Source: Moniliella sp. 'wahieum'
Taxonomy: Eukaryota
Direction of reading: 5' to 3'
Assembly: GCA_003971905.1 (NCBI GenBank)
Contig: RSEE01000063.1
Coordinates: 248,001-312,000 of the forward strand
DNA: 64,000 nt
Each line of letters begins with the position of its first letter. Positions within the stretch are counted from its first letter, which is position 1. Below, in pieces: positions 47,801 through 60,473 of the stretch. A program made the position numbers and the translations under genes. The notes beneath the pieces were generated by a model. It did not search any database. It was not told the origin of the DNA and saw nothing but the letters and a program-made list of their open reading frames with translations.

Positions 47801-49733
47801 CTCTATCCGCCCTCTTCGTCTCTCAGCTCTTCAGCCAAGACCCAGTCAAGTCGCGTTGGTCCTCTTCTAGCCACGTCGAGGCGGCCCCAAGCAAAAGTCC
47901 GCGCTTTGACAGTGTTTGTCCTCCGGTGCCAATCCCCGTCCCTGAGCCCCGAAGGCTTCAGACACGTTACTATAATACTGCCCTAGTCGGTGTATACTTC
48001 CGCAGCCTTCATTGTTGCCACGCCTGCAGCCACCCCTGCTATACGCTGTGAGCTATACTCCTTTTGCCCCTATATATATACAGCTCCGCTCGGGCGTACC
48101 AGCCTGCCCAAGCACGAAATTACCGTGAGTCGCCCCCCTTTAATTGGACTTCTAAGGGATCGTACCCCCTAAGGCCTAAGGCCTAGTACAACGGGCGTGC
48201 CAGGCGGCCCCCCTGGCGGTTCCCGTCCCTGAAGAGGCCTCTGAGGCTCTCAGGCCTGACAACTCCCTACGGCCTCTATGGCCTTGGCCCCGTCACGTGT
48301 CACGCTTCACGCGTTCGGACTCTCCGGCTCCGACCCTGAGCACATGTATGTGCACCGCTAGTGTTGACAACTGTCAGCATGTCAGCCTCAGGTCCTCATC
48401 AAGGCTGCAGGCCTGAGGCCTCAGGGCCACAGGGCGGTAGACACGTGATGCATGATGCATGATGCCTTTCCTGAGGTCTATGCCTGACGCCAATCGATTT
48501 TCGATACGGATCGATGATCGATGATCATCGATCACGTACACAGCGTCACGCGACGGGGATACTAAAAACGTATCCCTTGGTCTTCCGAAGTCACTAATGA
48601 GTACGAGTACTGAGTACTGAGTCAGGTGCCACTTAAGTACTAAGCACTAAGCAAGCGCTAAGCCTTAACATGTAACAGGACCTAGAGACAAGACGCACAG
48701 CCCCGTCGGATTCGCACAGCGCCGAACTCGCCCCGTATCCACATAGTATTATTGTTTTTTTGTATCGGACCTCGAGTCCGCCGCGGCGGGGAATTTGACG
48801 ATCTTCAAGGGTCCCAATTAAATGAGGCCCAGAACAGGGCCCAACGCGACGCCCAAGTGGCCCACGGCTGCACTGGACTTGTACTTACCCCAGTCTGAGG
48901 CCCTGGCATACTGTGGCCGGCGGACAATGGGATAATTTGTACTTAGTCACCCCAAGCTCTGAAAAATCGGTGTTGCCGTCATTTAATATTTATGTGTGGT
49001 GCACGAGGGCTGAACCTCAGAGGGCGCGCTGAGGCGCTGAGAGCTCAGCTTGAGCTCTCAGCCTGAGCCAGCTACAATAAACTAGTCCATTTATTAGTCA
49101 ACATCATCGCCCACGCGAGCTCACGCTCGACCATATGGTTGCAGTTGGGAACGCCTATACCGCCCTTGTCAAGCAACAAGCAAACAGATAAATGTTATGG
49201 GTGCAGCATTTTCTTTGTCCCTGCAGTGCGTGTGTTGCAAGGCTCAGCGCTCACGAACGCTATGAATGCAACAATAGTAGTCAATATGTAGTGGTGGGCG
49301 CTGGCCGTGCGCTTCGCCAGCTTTTCACCCAACAGGCTTGAAGCTTGAGGTCCTTGGAGAGTGAGGGGCCCGAGGCCCTGAGGCCAGCTTAAGCTCAGTA
49401 AAGGGAAATGCAAACGGGGTGGGGTGGGGGATACCACATGACATTCCCCTAGCTCGTGAGTTGGATCGTGTAGGGACCATTCTCTTAGTACATGGGCGCG
49501 TGTTCGACAAGCACATGGAGCAGGATCAGATCGGGATCAGAAAGGCCGGGGCCGGGGTCAGCTAGACACGCGAACTGCTGCTAGCTCAGCGCGGAGTAGA
49601 GTGTTTTGGTCCCAGATCCCAGACCGCCAAGTGAAGTAGAGGGGAGTTAAGTTTTAAGATGTCGATTGATACTAATCCCCCACAGCACAGCTCCGAGGAA
49701 AAGTCTAAGGCGCGAAAGAAAGGATGGAGCGTG

Positions 49734-51571
49734 TCATTGAGTGTGCGAGATATCCAAGTGTGAATGAGGGGAAAACGCGGGCCATAGTGTAGTAGCAAGT
49801 GAGGTAGAAGGGGGAGCAGGGAAATAGATAGGATCCAAAGCGACTAGACTGACAACTGTGGGATTCCAAAGATCCAAACAGCCAAACGACGGATACAGTT
49901 GATCCCATCTCATAGAATATGCCCAGAAAAGCGCGTGTCCAGGTCGCTGGGCCAGGCCGCGCCTCGGGAACAAGAGGGACGAAGGCCGTAGGGGGGCTGC
50001 GAAGCTGGCCTCGCCAAAGGAGGCGTGAAGCGGTAGGACCAGCTCCGGCGTTGGCAGAGTGGGTGGCACAAGCGGGCTGCTGGCGGTGGAGGCAGGGGCA
50101 AACGGGGTGTAGGCCGGTTGGGATCCGGGCCAGGAGAACGTCGCCGACAACGCCTGCTCCGATGAACCAGGGCCGATCGGGGGTGGCGCAGTGAGCGCGG
50201 GGGAAGCGGCGAGAGCGCTACCAGAGCGGGGGACGCACGTGTCCCCCTCTTGACGGTGATGGCGATTCAGTGCATCGAGACGGGCAAACATTTTCCCACA
50301 GAACTCGCACGTATGGGGACGAATATGAGATGCTACAAAGGGGCATGTCAGTTATCTGCGAAAAAAAGATAGGCAAGGGAAAGGAAGGCGTACCAGTTTC
50401 TCATGCCGCCGTTTATCATGAGCTCGAGCAAATGACCGCTCACAGTATCGACAGGAGTACGGACGTTCGTCCGTGTGCGAACGAAGATGGCCACGCAAGT
50501 TGAGAGCCCGGGTGAAAGAGCTCTCACAACCGGGGACGGGGCACTTAAAAGGCGCCGCCCTTTCGGCGCGATACTGAGGCTGCCTTGGTCTTGGCCGTTG
50601 TCACTTGGAGATTGTGGATGGGCTGTCAGACAAGCTCAGTTCCGCCAATCCGGCCTCCGACGCGGACAGGTGCGAGACGAGGCTGGGTGCGGAGGCTCCA
50701 TGGGCGGACTGCGGGGGGACAAGACGCTCGGTGTGTGACTCGCGGGGGAGTCTGATTCACTTTCGGGTCGGGACTGCTCCGAGCCTGATGTCGTGCTTAC
50801 GGGGGAACGGGGAGCTGGGGCGGGCAGTGAAGTGGTAAGGCCATGAAGGGAGATGCCCTTGGACTTAGCCCAGACCGGTCCGAAGTGTGCTGGGGCTGCG
50901 GCGGTGGGCCCTGGTTTCCAAACGGTAGGGATGAGAGCGGCGGGAGCCAGTTGCATTCGAGGGGCGAGACAACACAGGGGAAACGGTATTTCCTTCAGGG
51001 CCAAACCGGACGAGAGCATCTACACTGCTGCGGTGGTGTTTGGCAATGTGGGAGGGAGGAGACGGCTGCGCGGAATGGGGGAGCGGCTGGGTGGTAAATA
51101 CAGGCGGGCCCCCAGCCAGGACGAGTGGAGGCATGCAGGCACCCGAGGGTCAAAGCTGAAGGTCAGGCGGTCGAGACCGAGAGAGGCGCAAGGCACAGAA
51201 GTTTTGTGTGGCCTTTGAACCGCGAAACCCGGCTGGAGGGCGAACGGGGGAAATATCGGATGGCGCAATAGCCACATCAGATGCCACAAGCGGGGTAGTG
51301 ACAGTCAGACCATTAGCGAAGGCGCTTGGGGCATTTGCGGGTGGGAACGGGGCGTTCTTGTCGAGGCCGAGAACTGTTTGAATTGCACATAAGAGTCTTG
51401 ACGGCGAGGGTCGAACGAAGCTAAGGCTTGAGGGCGCTCGAGCTCGACAGGGTCGAGCGCAGAGGGGAGAGAGGAGAGGATGGGGAGGCATAGCAAGGCT
51501 TCCAGGCTGTGCTGCGGCCGCTTCTGTAGAGTCACATCCAGCGGTGGGAAGGGCTGGGAAAGGGTGGTCAT
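49734..51571 (-). CDS. CRZ1: Crz1-like C2H2 zinc-finger transcription factor; intron 50333-50393; indels; ends approximate
   Basis: Minus-strand reading gives VTTAKTKAASVSRRK..KCPVPGCER..FTRALNLRGHLRSHTDERPYSCRYCERSFARAHDKRRHEKL|H..RPHTCEFCGKMFARLDALNRHHRQEG, the three-finger Crz1 pattern. Ser/Pro-rich N-terminus from ATG 51571. Confidence 0.82.
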
Positions 51572-51618
51572 AACGGTCCTGGAGCGTGGATCGTGATGAG
51601 ACCAGAGCAGCGGGCACA

Positions 51619-51657
51619 GCGGTGGTAGCGGTAGCGGCGGCGGCGGCGGCGGCGGCA
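51619..51657. repeat. (GCG)n microsatellite in the presumed 5' UTR of the Crz1-like gene
   Basis: gcggtggtagcggtagcggcggcggcggcggcggcggcag. Confidence 0.7.
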
Positions 51658-53733
51658 GTGCGGTGGGAGCTGCCGCGCTGCTTGGCACACTGGAGGGCGG
51701 GTTGGGGAGCGTGGCGCGGGGAGCATGGGAGGGGAGGGGAGGGGAGGAGATGGAAGGAACTGGGAGGCGGGTGTGTTGGATTGAGTTAACGCGGACGCAG
51801 GGTGTCGATGGGGCCGACGGGCAATGGCGATGGCAATGGCGATGGCGATGGCGAGGCGATGGGGGCCCTTCGTGCGGCCAGGGTTTGCGCTGGCGTGGGC
51901 ACTGTGCCGCATTCATTCGACTCGCATCGGCCCTGGCGTGGCCCCACGGGCCAGGGAGCACGGGGCAGTTTAAACCCGTGCTGCTGCTGCTGCCCCCGCG
52001 CCACACCACACTGCGTCCGGTGTGCGCTCCGTGCGCGGGTGCGGGACGAGTGGTGTGCTGCGCGCTGCTGCCAGCACGGGGCCTGCGCCCGCGCCGATGA
52101 GCACGGATACTCAGATCTCAGACTCAGATCTCAGACGAAGTGCTTCGGGGTACGCGGCCGGCAAGCTTTCGGAATGGCGGTGCCTTGTCGTCCGAAGCGA
52201 GTGCCCGTGCTGGCGAGGGGCGCTTCGCCTTGAAAAGACCCACGACGGGCAGTCTGTCTGCGTCCGCTCCGGCTGTGTCGGCTGGTGGCTGCGGCGGGTT
52301 GAGCGTTACGCGTTACGAGCGTTGCATATTGAATGTACATGGAACGTACGTTGAACGTGAAATTGTGACATGCACAGGTGACAAAAGGCACTTGCCCCAG
52401 AGGCTCAGGCTGAGCGCAGGTGCCCTGATCGATGATCGATAACCGAAAACCCCTACGAGGCGTCCGCGCCAGTGTGGCTCGCGCTCAGCGCTAAGGCTCA
52501 GCGCCCAACCAGCAGTCATGGGATCATGAGATCGATTAAGGAACCTAGCTTCGAAAGCACCACAACGACGACAACTGAGTACACCTGAGTATACTGAGTA
52601 CACTGAGTACTTGGTGACTACCGGTAGTGATGCATGATGGATGATCGATGGTCAATATTCAATCAGCGTCAGCGCTGAGGCTTAGCCTGAGGGCCTGAGG
52701 CCTGAGGAGGGAAGTACAAAACCAACGGGGCAAATATGCACGTGGCCTGCAAGGCTGCAAGCCTAGCTGGGCTGAGCGCTGAGACGCCGCAACGTTAGGA
52801 TCTAGCTTTCACACGCATTTCACATCCATTCAATATTCATTGAGTTCCTAGCTACTCGTTACTAGCTTTACATTGAAATCTTACCAGTTCTCGATTATCC
52901 TGAGCGGCCTGAGCGCTGAGCCTGGGATTCTGAGATCTGAGATTGCATCACATTCACATGCTTAGCCAATGTCCAGTCGATCACAGCCACTATCACATGC
53001 ATGTCACATGCATGCCACATGCATCCAAAACACGTCCGTCAGCGCCTCAGACCTGTCGCCTAGCTGCAGGAGGCAAGATCGGAGATCTGATCTGAGAGGG
53101 GGTTGTATAGGGTTTTCTTGCTCGGACCGCAAGCTCTTAGATTCTCAAGCTTCAAGCCTCCAGTTGACCCGTTGACCGGTAACCGGTAACGGTAACAGGT
53201 AATTGTAACGGGTAACCAGATGGCCAGTCCTAGTCACCTAGTTACTAGTCACTCATCATGCATCATGCATCATGGATCATGTGCTCCAGCATTTTCGGGT
53301 CGGGCGAATGTGTTGGTGAGTGTCACAGTCTTCATTGTAATCGAGTTATGACAATCATGTCCGCGCTTTCTTTCCTAGTTCGTCACGCGTCAGGCCTGAG
53401 CCTGAGCGCTGAGCCTCAGGCTCAGGGCACCTTCTTCTCTCTGCCAATTAACAAATTAATTGTCTCCCTAAGTATTTCTCTTTTGCTAACACCGTGGGCG
53501 TTCTTTTCTTACACCACACACACTTCAGCGATTAATTGGTATCGATGTTCTTATACGCAAATTTGTGGTCCGACGGTTGCATATATGGAAGCAGGTTTTT
53601 CCCCCTGGTTTTGACGACGCGAGGATACTACGGCACCAAGACGGCGAACAAGTTGTTTGCGCATTGGAAGGAGTGGCTACTAAGTCTCAGTGGAAATGGT
53701 TCCTCGTCGGATGTCAACCACGTTCCTCCGTGA

Positions 53734-53875
53734 CCACACGCGCTTCCTAGGGTACGGGAACGGATGGCGTGAGCCGGAGGGTCCTGATATCCTGGCGACC
53801 CCCCTGGTTCCTTGACCCTGCTGGTGGCGCCCCAAGTAACCCCCGCAAGATGAACGGTTAGGTTTAGACGTAGTG
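53734..53875 (+). repeat. Diverged ~140-bp dispersed repeat, copy 2 (partner 19144-19285)
   Basis: Direct alignment to 19144-19285. Confidence 0.8.
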
Positions 53876-55749
53876 TTCCCCTGTCCCAGCCTTAAGCTCT
53901 GCCAATGAAATGGAAGCAGCGATGGAAGCACAGATGATTCCGAGAATCAAAATGTGTTGAAGAAATCGGGCCATACCAGCCCCACCACCTCAGGATCAGA
54001 TCTCAGACGGAGAATTAGTTGCAACAGAGCCGCCATCAGACATGGTGTCCAGGCGAAGTGGTGCCGGAGGGAGCCGCGAATGGTCAAGCTTCAAAAAATT
54101 GACATCTGAAGGAAGGAACTGGGGATACAACAAAGAAGGGAGGGGCTCACTGTGGGCAGGGGGTGCGCAGCTTCCGAGTCAAACCTGCGGCTGGATATAA
54201 GCGAGTGTCACCAATGAACTTAAGGGGCCGTGCTGGGGAATCCTATAGCGCTCCCCTCTCTCATCGTGCGATCTCATCAAAAGTATACTCTCCACGATAT
54301 ATACAGGCCCTGTCATCGACTTCATCACCTCGATCAACATCGTTCTGTTGGGGCCCGTAGTCCCGTACGTAGGCCAAAGTGCTTTATCACCATTTCTCCT
54401 ATTGTGACCTCCGAAGAGTCCGCGTGTATATTCGGCGTGTTCGAACCCTTGTCTCTCTTCCATCACCAGGTGTGGCAGAAGGCCCTCAACGTTCAACGTT
54501 CAACGTTCAACCACCTTCGTATTAGCTCCACATGATGGGATTTCCAGCGGTTCTCCACCCAAAATCTGGGTTCCTCCGAATCTCGTGTTCAAAGGTTTAA
54601 CTTCAGACGTGAGTGGCTTTGGGAATGCACAACGTTGCTCTAGGGCATAGAAGACACAGCCCTGCTTTGTCTATAGAGACTTTTCTTCTTTAGCCGCGGT
54701 ACAACTGATGCACAGTAGCTAGTATGCATAATGCCGTATAGATCACTAGCCCTACCCTCTTGTGGCTCTGAGATCTGAGATTTGTGATGAGTGACCACAT
54801 TCTAACGCATGGAACACGTGGCGCTCTGCTGCTATACGGAAATCATGTAATCATTTCACAAAAATTGGGGGTAGAGATACAGTGACTGTTACAACAGCGT
54901 GTGATTCGTCCCATCGATTATACAAGAGGGCTCGGCATTGGTATACTACGGGTGACCGGTCACCATAAGGATGGACCAAGTGCTATGTGCTTGCTGGATT
55001 TTGGGGCCAGAGTAGAGCAGCGAGAAGTGGAAGGTGCGGGAAAGGGGAGCCGGAAAAAAACGAGACAAATACAACCAAATTGGCAAGAGACACAATAATC
55101 AGGGGTGTTTGTGGGACCAGCGCTTCGCGGGCTTTCGCCCCACGTTGCGCCCCTCGTCCGTGACATGTGACATGTAAGTCTGTGCCACTCGTTCTATAGC
55201 TATGCTGTGCTCAGCCTGGGACCGTGGGATCCACACTTCATAAGTTTAGAGCTTAGCTCTGGGACTCTATGTTTACACATTCACTGGTCACGGTTACAGG
55301 TACACAGCAACGCGTGCTCCTCTGTATACCGGCATATAATAATAGGAAAGGGTTATAATTAGGATTTTAGTGATTCATGCGTTACTAGTATAATTGCGAT
55401 TAAGTGAGAACGTTGAGCGAATGCGGTGCACGCAACGGAGACAGCCGCCCTTCTTTTAACGGTTAAACGTTTTAAACGCTAAAGCGGTACATTTATACGT
55501 GGGGGAGGGCGGGGTCGAGAAAACACCATGACATGTGGCAGCCTTTCATACCACGGAGGTCCATGGCCTCTCAGATCTCAACGACGATCGATATCCTCAG
55601 TGCGTCGCCGCGAAGGGAGACGCAATCGGTCTTAGTAGTGACGGGTGACGCGCAATGGTACATACAATACGCGTCCATGTTCAACGACGTTTTCTCAACC
55701 TTTTCTCAATCTCCTGAAGAAAACCTGGGAACCTGCGCATTAGGCCTGG

Positions 55750-57560
55750 GCCCCTAAGTGCCTGAGTCTCAGGCCCGAGGGCGTCTTCTTCAGCCCTTTC
55801 AGCCTTTATGCACTTTATGAGCTTCAGAGCGCTCAGCCCTTTCAAGCTTCAGGCTTATTCATTAATCATTCTTCAATCAAAAAGCTTCACTAGTCACTAC
55901 GTCACTAGTCACTATAGCCACTAGCTTCAGTAGCATCAATATGCATCATCAATCAACGTAATAGCGGGTTATGCATGGTTATGCTTATAATTATGCACCA
56001 CGCGGTGCAGTCTGTGCACATGCAGCACATCCTCCTTCTCTGGAGTCCTCATGCACTCATGTATATACTCAGTAATACTCAGTCTGAGTGCTATTACTAA
56101 GTACTAATAATAATCGATCAATCAAAATGGGTCTCTATTCTCACTTAATTTTTGTTTTACCAATCTCTTCGTGTGCCTTAAAACGTTAAGTCATGATGTG
56201 CATGATGCATGAAGAAAAGACCGCGCGCTACCCCTGCTTCCCCTCGTCAAGGAGAGTCCGGCTCTTCCGGTTACTTCGTCACCAAAATACTCTTGACAAG
56301 TCAGTGACTAGTAACGGATGACCGGTGACCAGAGGACGCTAGTAAAGCTTCGCTGGAAGCTGGAAGCTCGAGGAGCTTGAAGCTTGAGGGCCTGAGGCTA
56401 GCTTGAACCTATAATAGCTTGAAGTTTGAAGTCGCTGGTACTATATTGTTCGCTTCAGCTGTCACATGTCACTCATGTCACATGCAATGTCACACGTCAC
56501 ATCACACCTAACAAGTACTAAATACTAATTATTGAGCTGAAGGCGCGGGCCTGCTTGGTGGGAATGCAGGGTCTAAGAAGACGGCCTAAGAATGACTTGC
56601 CCCGGGAGAATACCCTTGTGTCAGATTTATTTGTACGCATAGGCGCAGAGGCTCAGCCCTCGCGCTCATGCCCACGATCACGTCGATCACATCGATCACA
56701 TGCACATACCATGCAGATGTATCATGCATCACGCGTCACGCGTCACGCCTCATACTGAGGTCTCAGATCCTCCTGAGGCTCCCGGTCACCGGTCACCGGT
56801 CACCGTGACCTGACCGCCTGACCGGTCAGATCTCAGAACGCAGAACTCAGATCTCAGACTGAGTGGTTTCCTCGTGTTGAACGTTCGTTGAACGTTGAGG
56901 AGGTTGAACGTTGACGCGCTTACGAATGGGCTCCACTTGCTCCACTCCTTCCCCACAACATCGCTCCCTAAGGCCTTAGCCTAAGGCCTAATCCTTGCCT
57001 GGAGTCGCTTAGCGGTAAAAGTACCTCAAGCTTCAAGCTTCAAGCTTCATATAGTTCAAACGTTCACACCTCAATAATAAGCTTCAAGCTTCAACCTCGT
57101 TCTAGAGGCTTCCGTTCCAAAACGTTGTCCTGTGTGTTGGGACACTAGCGCAGTAGTGTGTCAGCGGCATAGTCGGACTCTGGCGCTCACAACCACTTCC
57201 ACACGACAGCTAGCTCTCTTCTAGTTCCGCCCGGGCGGAAGTCTGGAAGTCCGACTTGCCTCCTTCTCGAAGCTTCGGTAGTCGTAGCTCAGTCTTCCCT
57301 CGCTTCCACTATCGCCTCCTCCTCTTCCTCTCCGCTATTCTCTCCGCTATTTTCTCTGCTATCGATCACCAGCAATCAATATTATTCAACGTTCAACGTT
57401 CAACGTTCAACCCCTATCGCCTATTTGACCTCCAGTTCTTCTTGATTGCCGTTCCGCTTGGCATCAGGATCCCGTCACATCACTTGTTTTCTGTCTCATG
57501 CTGATACAGGTTAAGCTTCATGCAGCTTTTCAGGCTTCAAAAAGCTTCGAGCTTCAAGGA
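55750..57560. repeat. Densest cluster of 7-bp-period palindromic micro-arrays
   Basis: (ACGCGTC)n 56730-56748, (ACCGGTC)n 56782-56804, (AAGCTTC)n 57026-57049, (AACGTTC)n 57385-57411, (ACATGTC)n ~56460, (ACTAGTC)n ~55888. Confidence 0.85.
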
Positions 57561-59888
57561 AATCATAAGAACTATAGAAGCCGGTAAGTGCTGAGCGCTG
57601 GGACAGAGTGAGCTTGGCCGCTGCTCAGCGCTCATTAACATTTCACATTGCTCTGTTGCTGAGGCTTAGGGCCCGTTCGCGAAGCATTTTCTTACGATTT
57701 TGGCAGCCAAGTTAGGGCTTAGTGCTCAGGATTAGCGCTCAAACAACCCGGCGAGCGGAAAAGAATGATTGAGGATCGAGATGATCGATCATACGCTGAG
57801 TTGTATACACGGCGGGTAAGATGCATAACGCATGACACGCATCATGTATGACGCATGGCGTGATCAAAAGACTCTCCAGAGAAGGTATGAAAGCGGGATA
57901 ATGGACGGGAACGAGAGAGGTGAACAAGTGTCATACCGGATTTTGTCATGACGGAGTAGAATACGGGAAGGGAGCACAACAAAAAAGGGGGGATTAGACA
58001 TATGGGGAAAGCGGCCATGAGCCAAAGTTGAGAAGGAAGTTGCGCCCAACAGGGGATGAAAATACCAGGAAAGAGTAGCACCACACGCCTTTTGTGTCAG
58101 AGGACAGACACAGCGAGAGGCATGTAAAAGGAAGAGACACCTGTTTAAGGACCACACAGTGAATGGAACCCAGAGAGCGAATTATCTTTCCTCGGTCGCA
58201 CCTCACAGCTAGTATAGGGTCCACCCATAACACAACAAGACTAGAGAAACGATCAACTTCTTTTGCTTCTGTCACTGTGGCTGTACAGGAAGGCGATGGA
58301 TGTATCCATAAATAGGGTCAGTGAAGAACAAGGCTCAGAATGTGGGGATTTGGGATCTGTTGGACGGCAGAAAAGTCGGCCCTGCTAAAAGTGAATAATG
58401 GTGGGGAGCCACGGAAAAGAGGAATGCTAGGGAAGTGTGATGATAAAAGGTGCGAATGCTTGTTTTCGTACTATGGTAATACGTAAGAGTGGGACGGAAA
58501 GGGGAGCAAGAAGGAGAGATATGTATATGACATGCCGTGTATCCGTGATAGTTGGAAAGCTTTTGCCACTTGTGGAGAAATTGCTTTATTGGCAGTGGGC
58601 AGTCAGTCTATATGACCTACAAGAAGGCCCGATATTCTTTCCGTGGTGATGGACACTAAAATACAGGACACTCTTATGACAAAAAGCTTTTACACAAGCA
58701 TATTAGGGAGAATAACGGTAGGCTTTTCCTGACGTAGACATTTTGTTGTTGGGGAGTATATAGCCAGGGCCCTACGAGTCTTCCAAGGAGGAGATGAGGC
58801 CGGAAAAAAGCCAGCAGACCAAAGGGCACAGAATGGACTGGAAGAATCAAGAGCGATAAGAGAAAAAGGGGCCTGGGAGAAGAGCTAAGAGCGTCGAGCA
58901 TGGTCCATCTATTTGTTTTATATCAGCCTCAGTGTCTAGTGCGAAACACAACATATTCACAGCCATAGAGCCCCAAACATGGGCCCATGAGAAATGAGAC
59001 GGTCCAGTAAGATCTTTCCAACAATGATGAACTTTTCCCAGTGGCCTTAATCGTGTAGCATCCTCTAACAAGCTGTCTTATTGGCAAAGAGGGGGGGAAA
59101 CGATTCTTGTGCATGCATTCGTGGTTTACTATAGTGGTGTCTTTGTCGCCATCCACCGCCGGCATGAGAAAATGATGATGCCTGTTCTGTAACAGTCCGG
59201 GCTAAACGAGGGAGACCAAGGTCCTGTCAGAGGTAGGGGGAAAGGCAAGATCGTTCGTGGGAGGAAACAGAAGGCATCAGGCAGAGAACAGAAGCAACAG
59301 GGAAGGGAAGAGCAAGAGACACAGGATGCAGAATTCGAAATTGGAGCGAGCTTAGTCATTCGGTGACAATGCCTGTTCTCTGCCCGTAATCAACAGATGT
59401 AGACGTCTCCTTCTGTGCACCACACCTTTCGGAACGCAAGAACATTTTGGTCCTTTTTCTCTCCCATCAGTCCCTCATGTTGTGATCCGTCTCGATCCCA
59501 GATCATCCAAACGCTTCTGTTCCCACCACAATTCCTAGTCCGAGAGGGTCATCTGTATATGTTTTCCTTTCCTTCCACGCCAGGATTCCTCGTCATCCCT
59601 CATAAACCCGGTTCAGTTGATGTGATTATCCTGGATAAAGCGTACACACTTTCGTGTACTCCCTTTTGTAGTGCTCCAAACTATGCGAGTGGCCGCGTGA
59701 GCAAGTACAACCCCCTAGGAAAGGGGAAAATGCTCAATATAAGTATAATTGGCGAGATATGATTGTCCTTCCTACCCCGTGGATGCACACCTCCCCCCGA
59801 TCTGTCAGAACTCAATCAATACGAAAGAAGGCGCCAATATCACCTCTTCAAAGAGCATCTCTTCCAACTCTCACCAACTATAACTACT

Positions 59889-60473
59889 ATGACACTTGAA
59901 ACCCATGATCAGCAGAGACGGCGAAGCCTCTTGTCTGAGAACGATACTGCCACATCAGGAAGAGCCGCTGAAAAGAGAGGATGTGCCCCATCAAAGTTGG
60001 ACATATACTTCGCCCCAGATAGCGCGTCTTTTGTTCCGAGATCCACAACATCCCCCCACCATGCTCGTTCCCCACTCAGGTCTTCAGAGCCTGAAGTGTT
60101 TCCTCTTCTCGGGTCAAAAAGTCTTGTGATCCCACATCCTGCGGCCACTTTTCGTAGGCTTTTGCGGAAGAGAACCCGCGGCGCCTGGATTTCGGCCGTT
60201 GCGCGAGAGAGGGGTGATGCCCAACATCTCCTTTTCCCAGCAAGAATGATGATGTTGCCCAAGGACGGGGCCACCCCACTAAAGGTGCCCCGTTATCCAC
60301 CTCACCCACTAGACTCTGCTTGTCATGGACGGGCTCCGGACTGGAGTCCAACCTATCGTTCAGGGGTGCGTTTTCCCTGGGAGGAGGACAGGCCACTGAC
60401 GGTTGATCATCGAGCCCGAACACTACTGGCAGATCCGAACGGAGATAGAGACGAGGTGAGGCCTCCTAGTTGA
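59889..60473 (+). CDS. Possible orphan ORF
   Basis: Open frame 59763-60473 (first ATG 59889) in an otherwise ORF-poor region; no recognisable motif. Confidence 0.25.
   Translation: MTLETHDQQRRRSLLSENDTATSGRAAEKRGCAPSKLDIYFAPDSASFVPRSTTSPHHARSPLRSSEPEVFPLLGSKSLVIPHPAATFRRLLRKRTRGAWISAVARERGDAQHLLFPARMMMLPKDGATPLKVPRYPPHPLDSACHGRAPDWSPTYRSGVRFPWEEDRPLTVDHRARTLLADPNGDRDEVRPPS

Noticed and set aside
55750..57560. CRISPR array or cloning polylinker (many restriction-site hexamers)
   Set aside because: There is no repeat-spacer structure, the context is eukaryotic, and the sites are tandem, degenerate and spread over tens of kb.
57740..59360. Hydrophobic minus-strand ORFs as a receptor or transporter
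   Set aside because: The hydrophobicity follows from the purine-rich plus strand; there are frequent stops and no motif.
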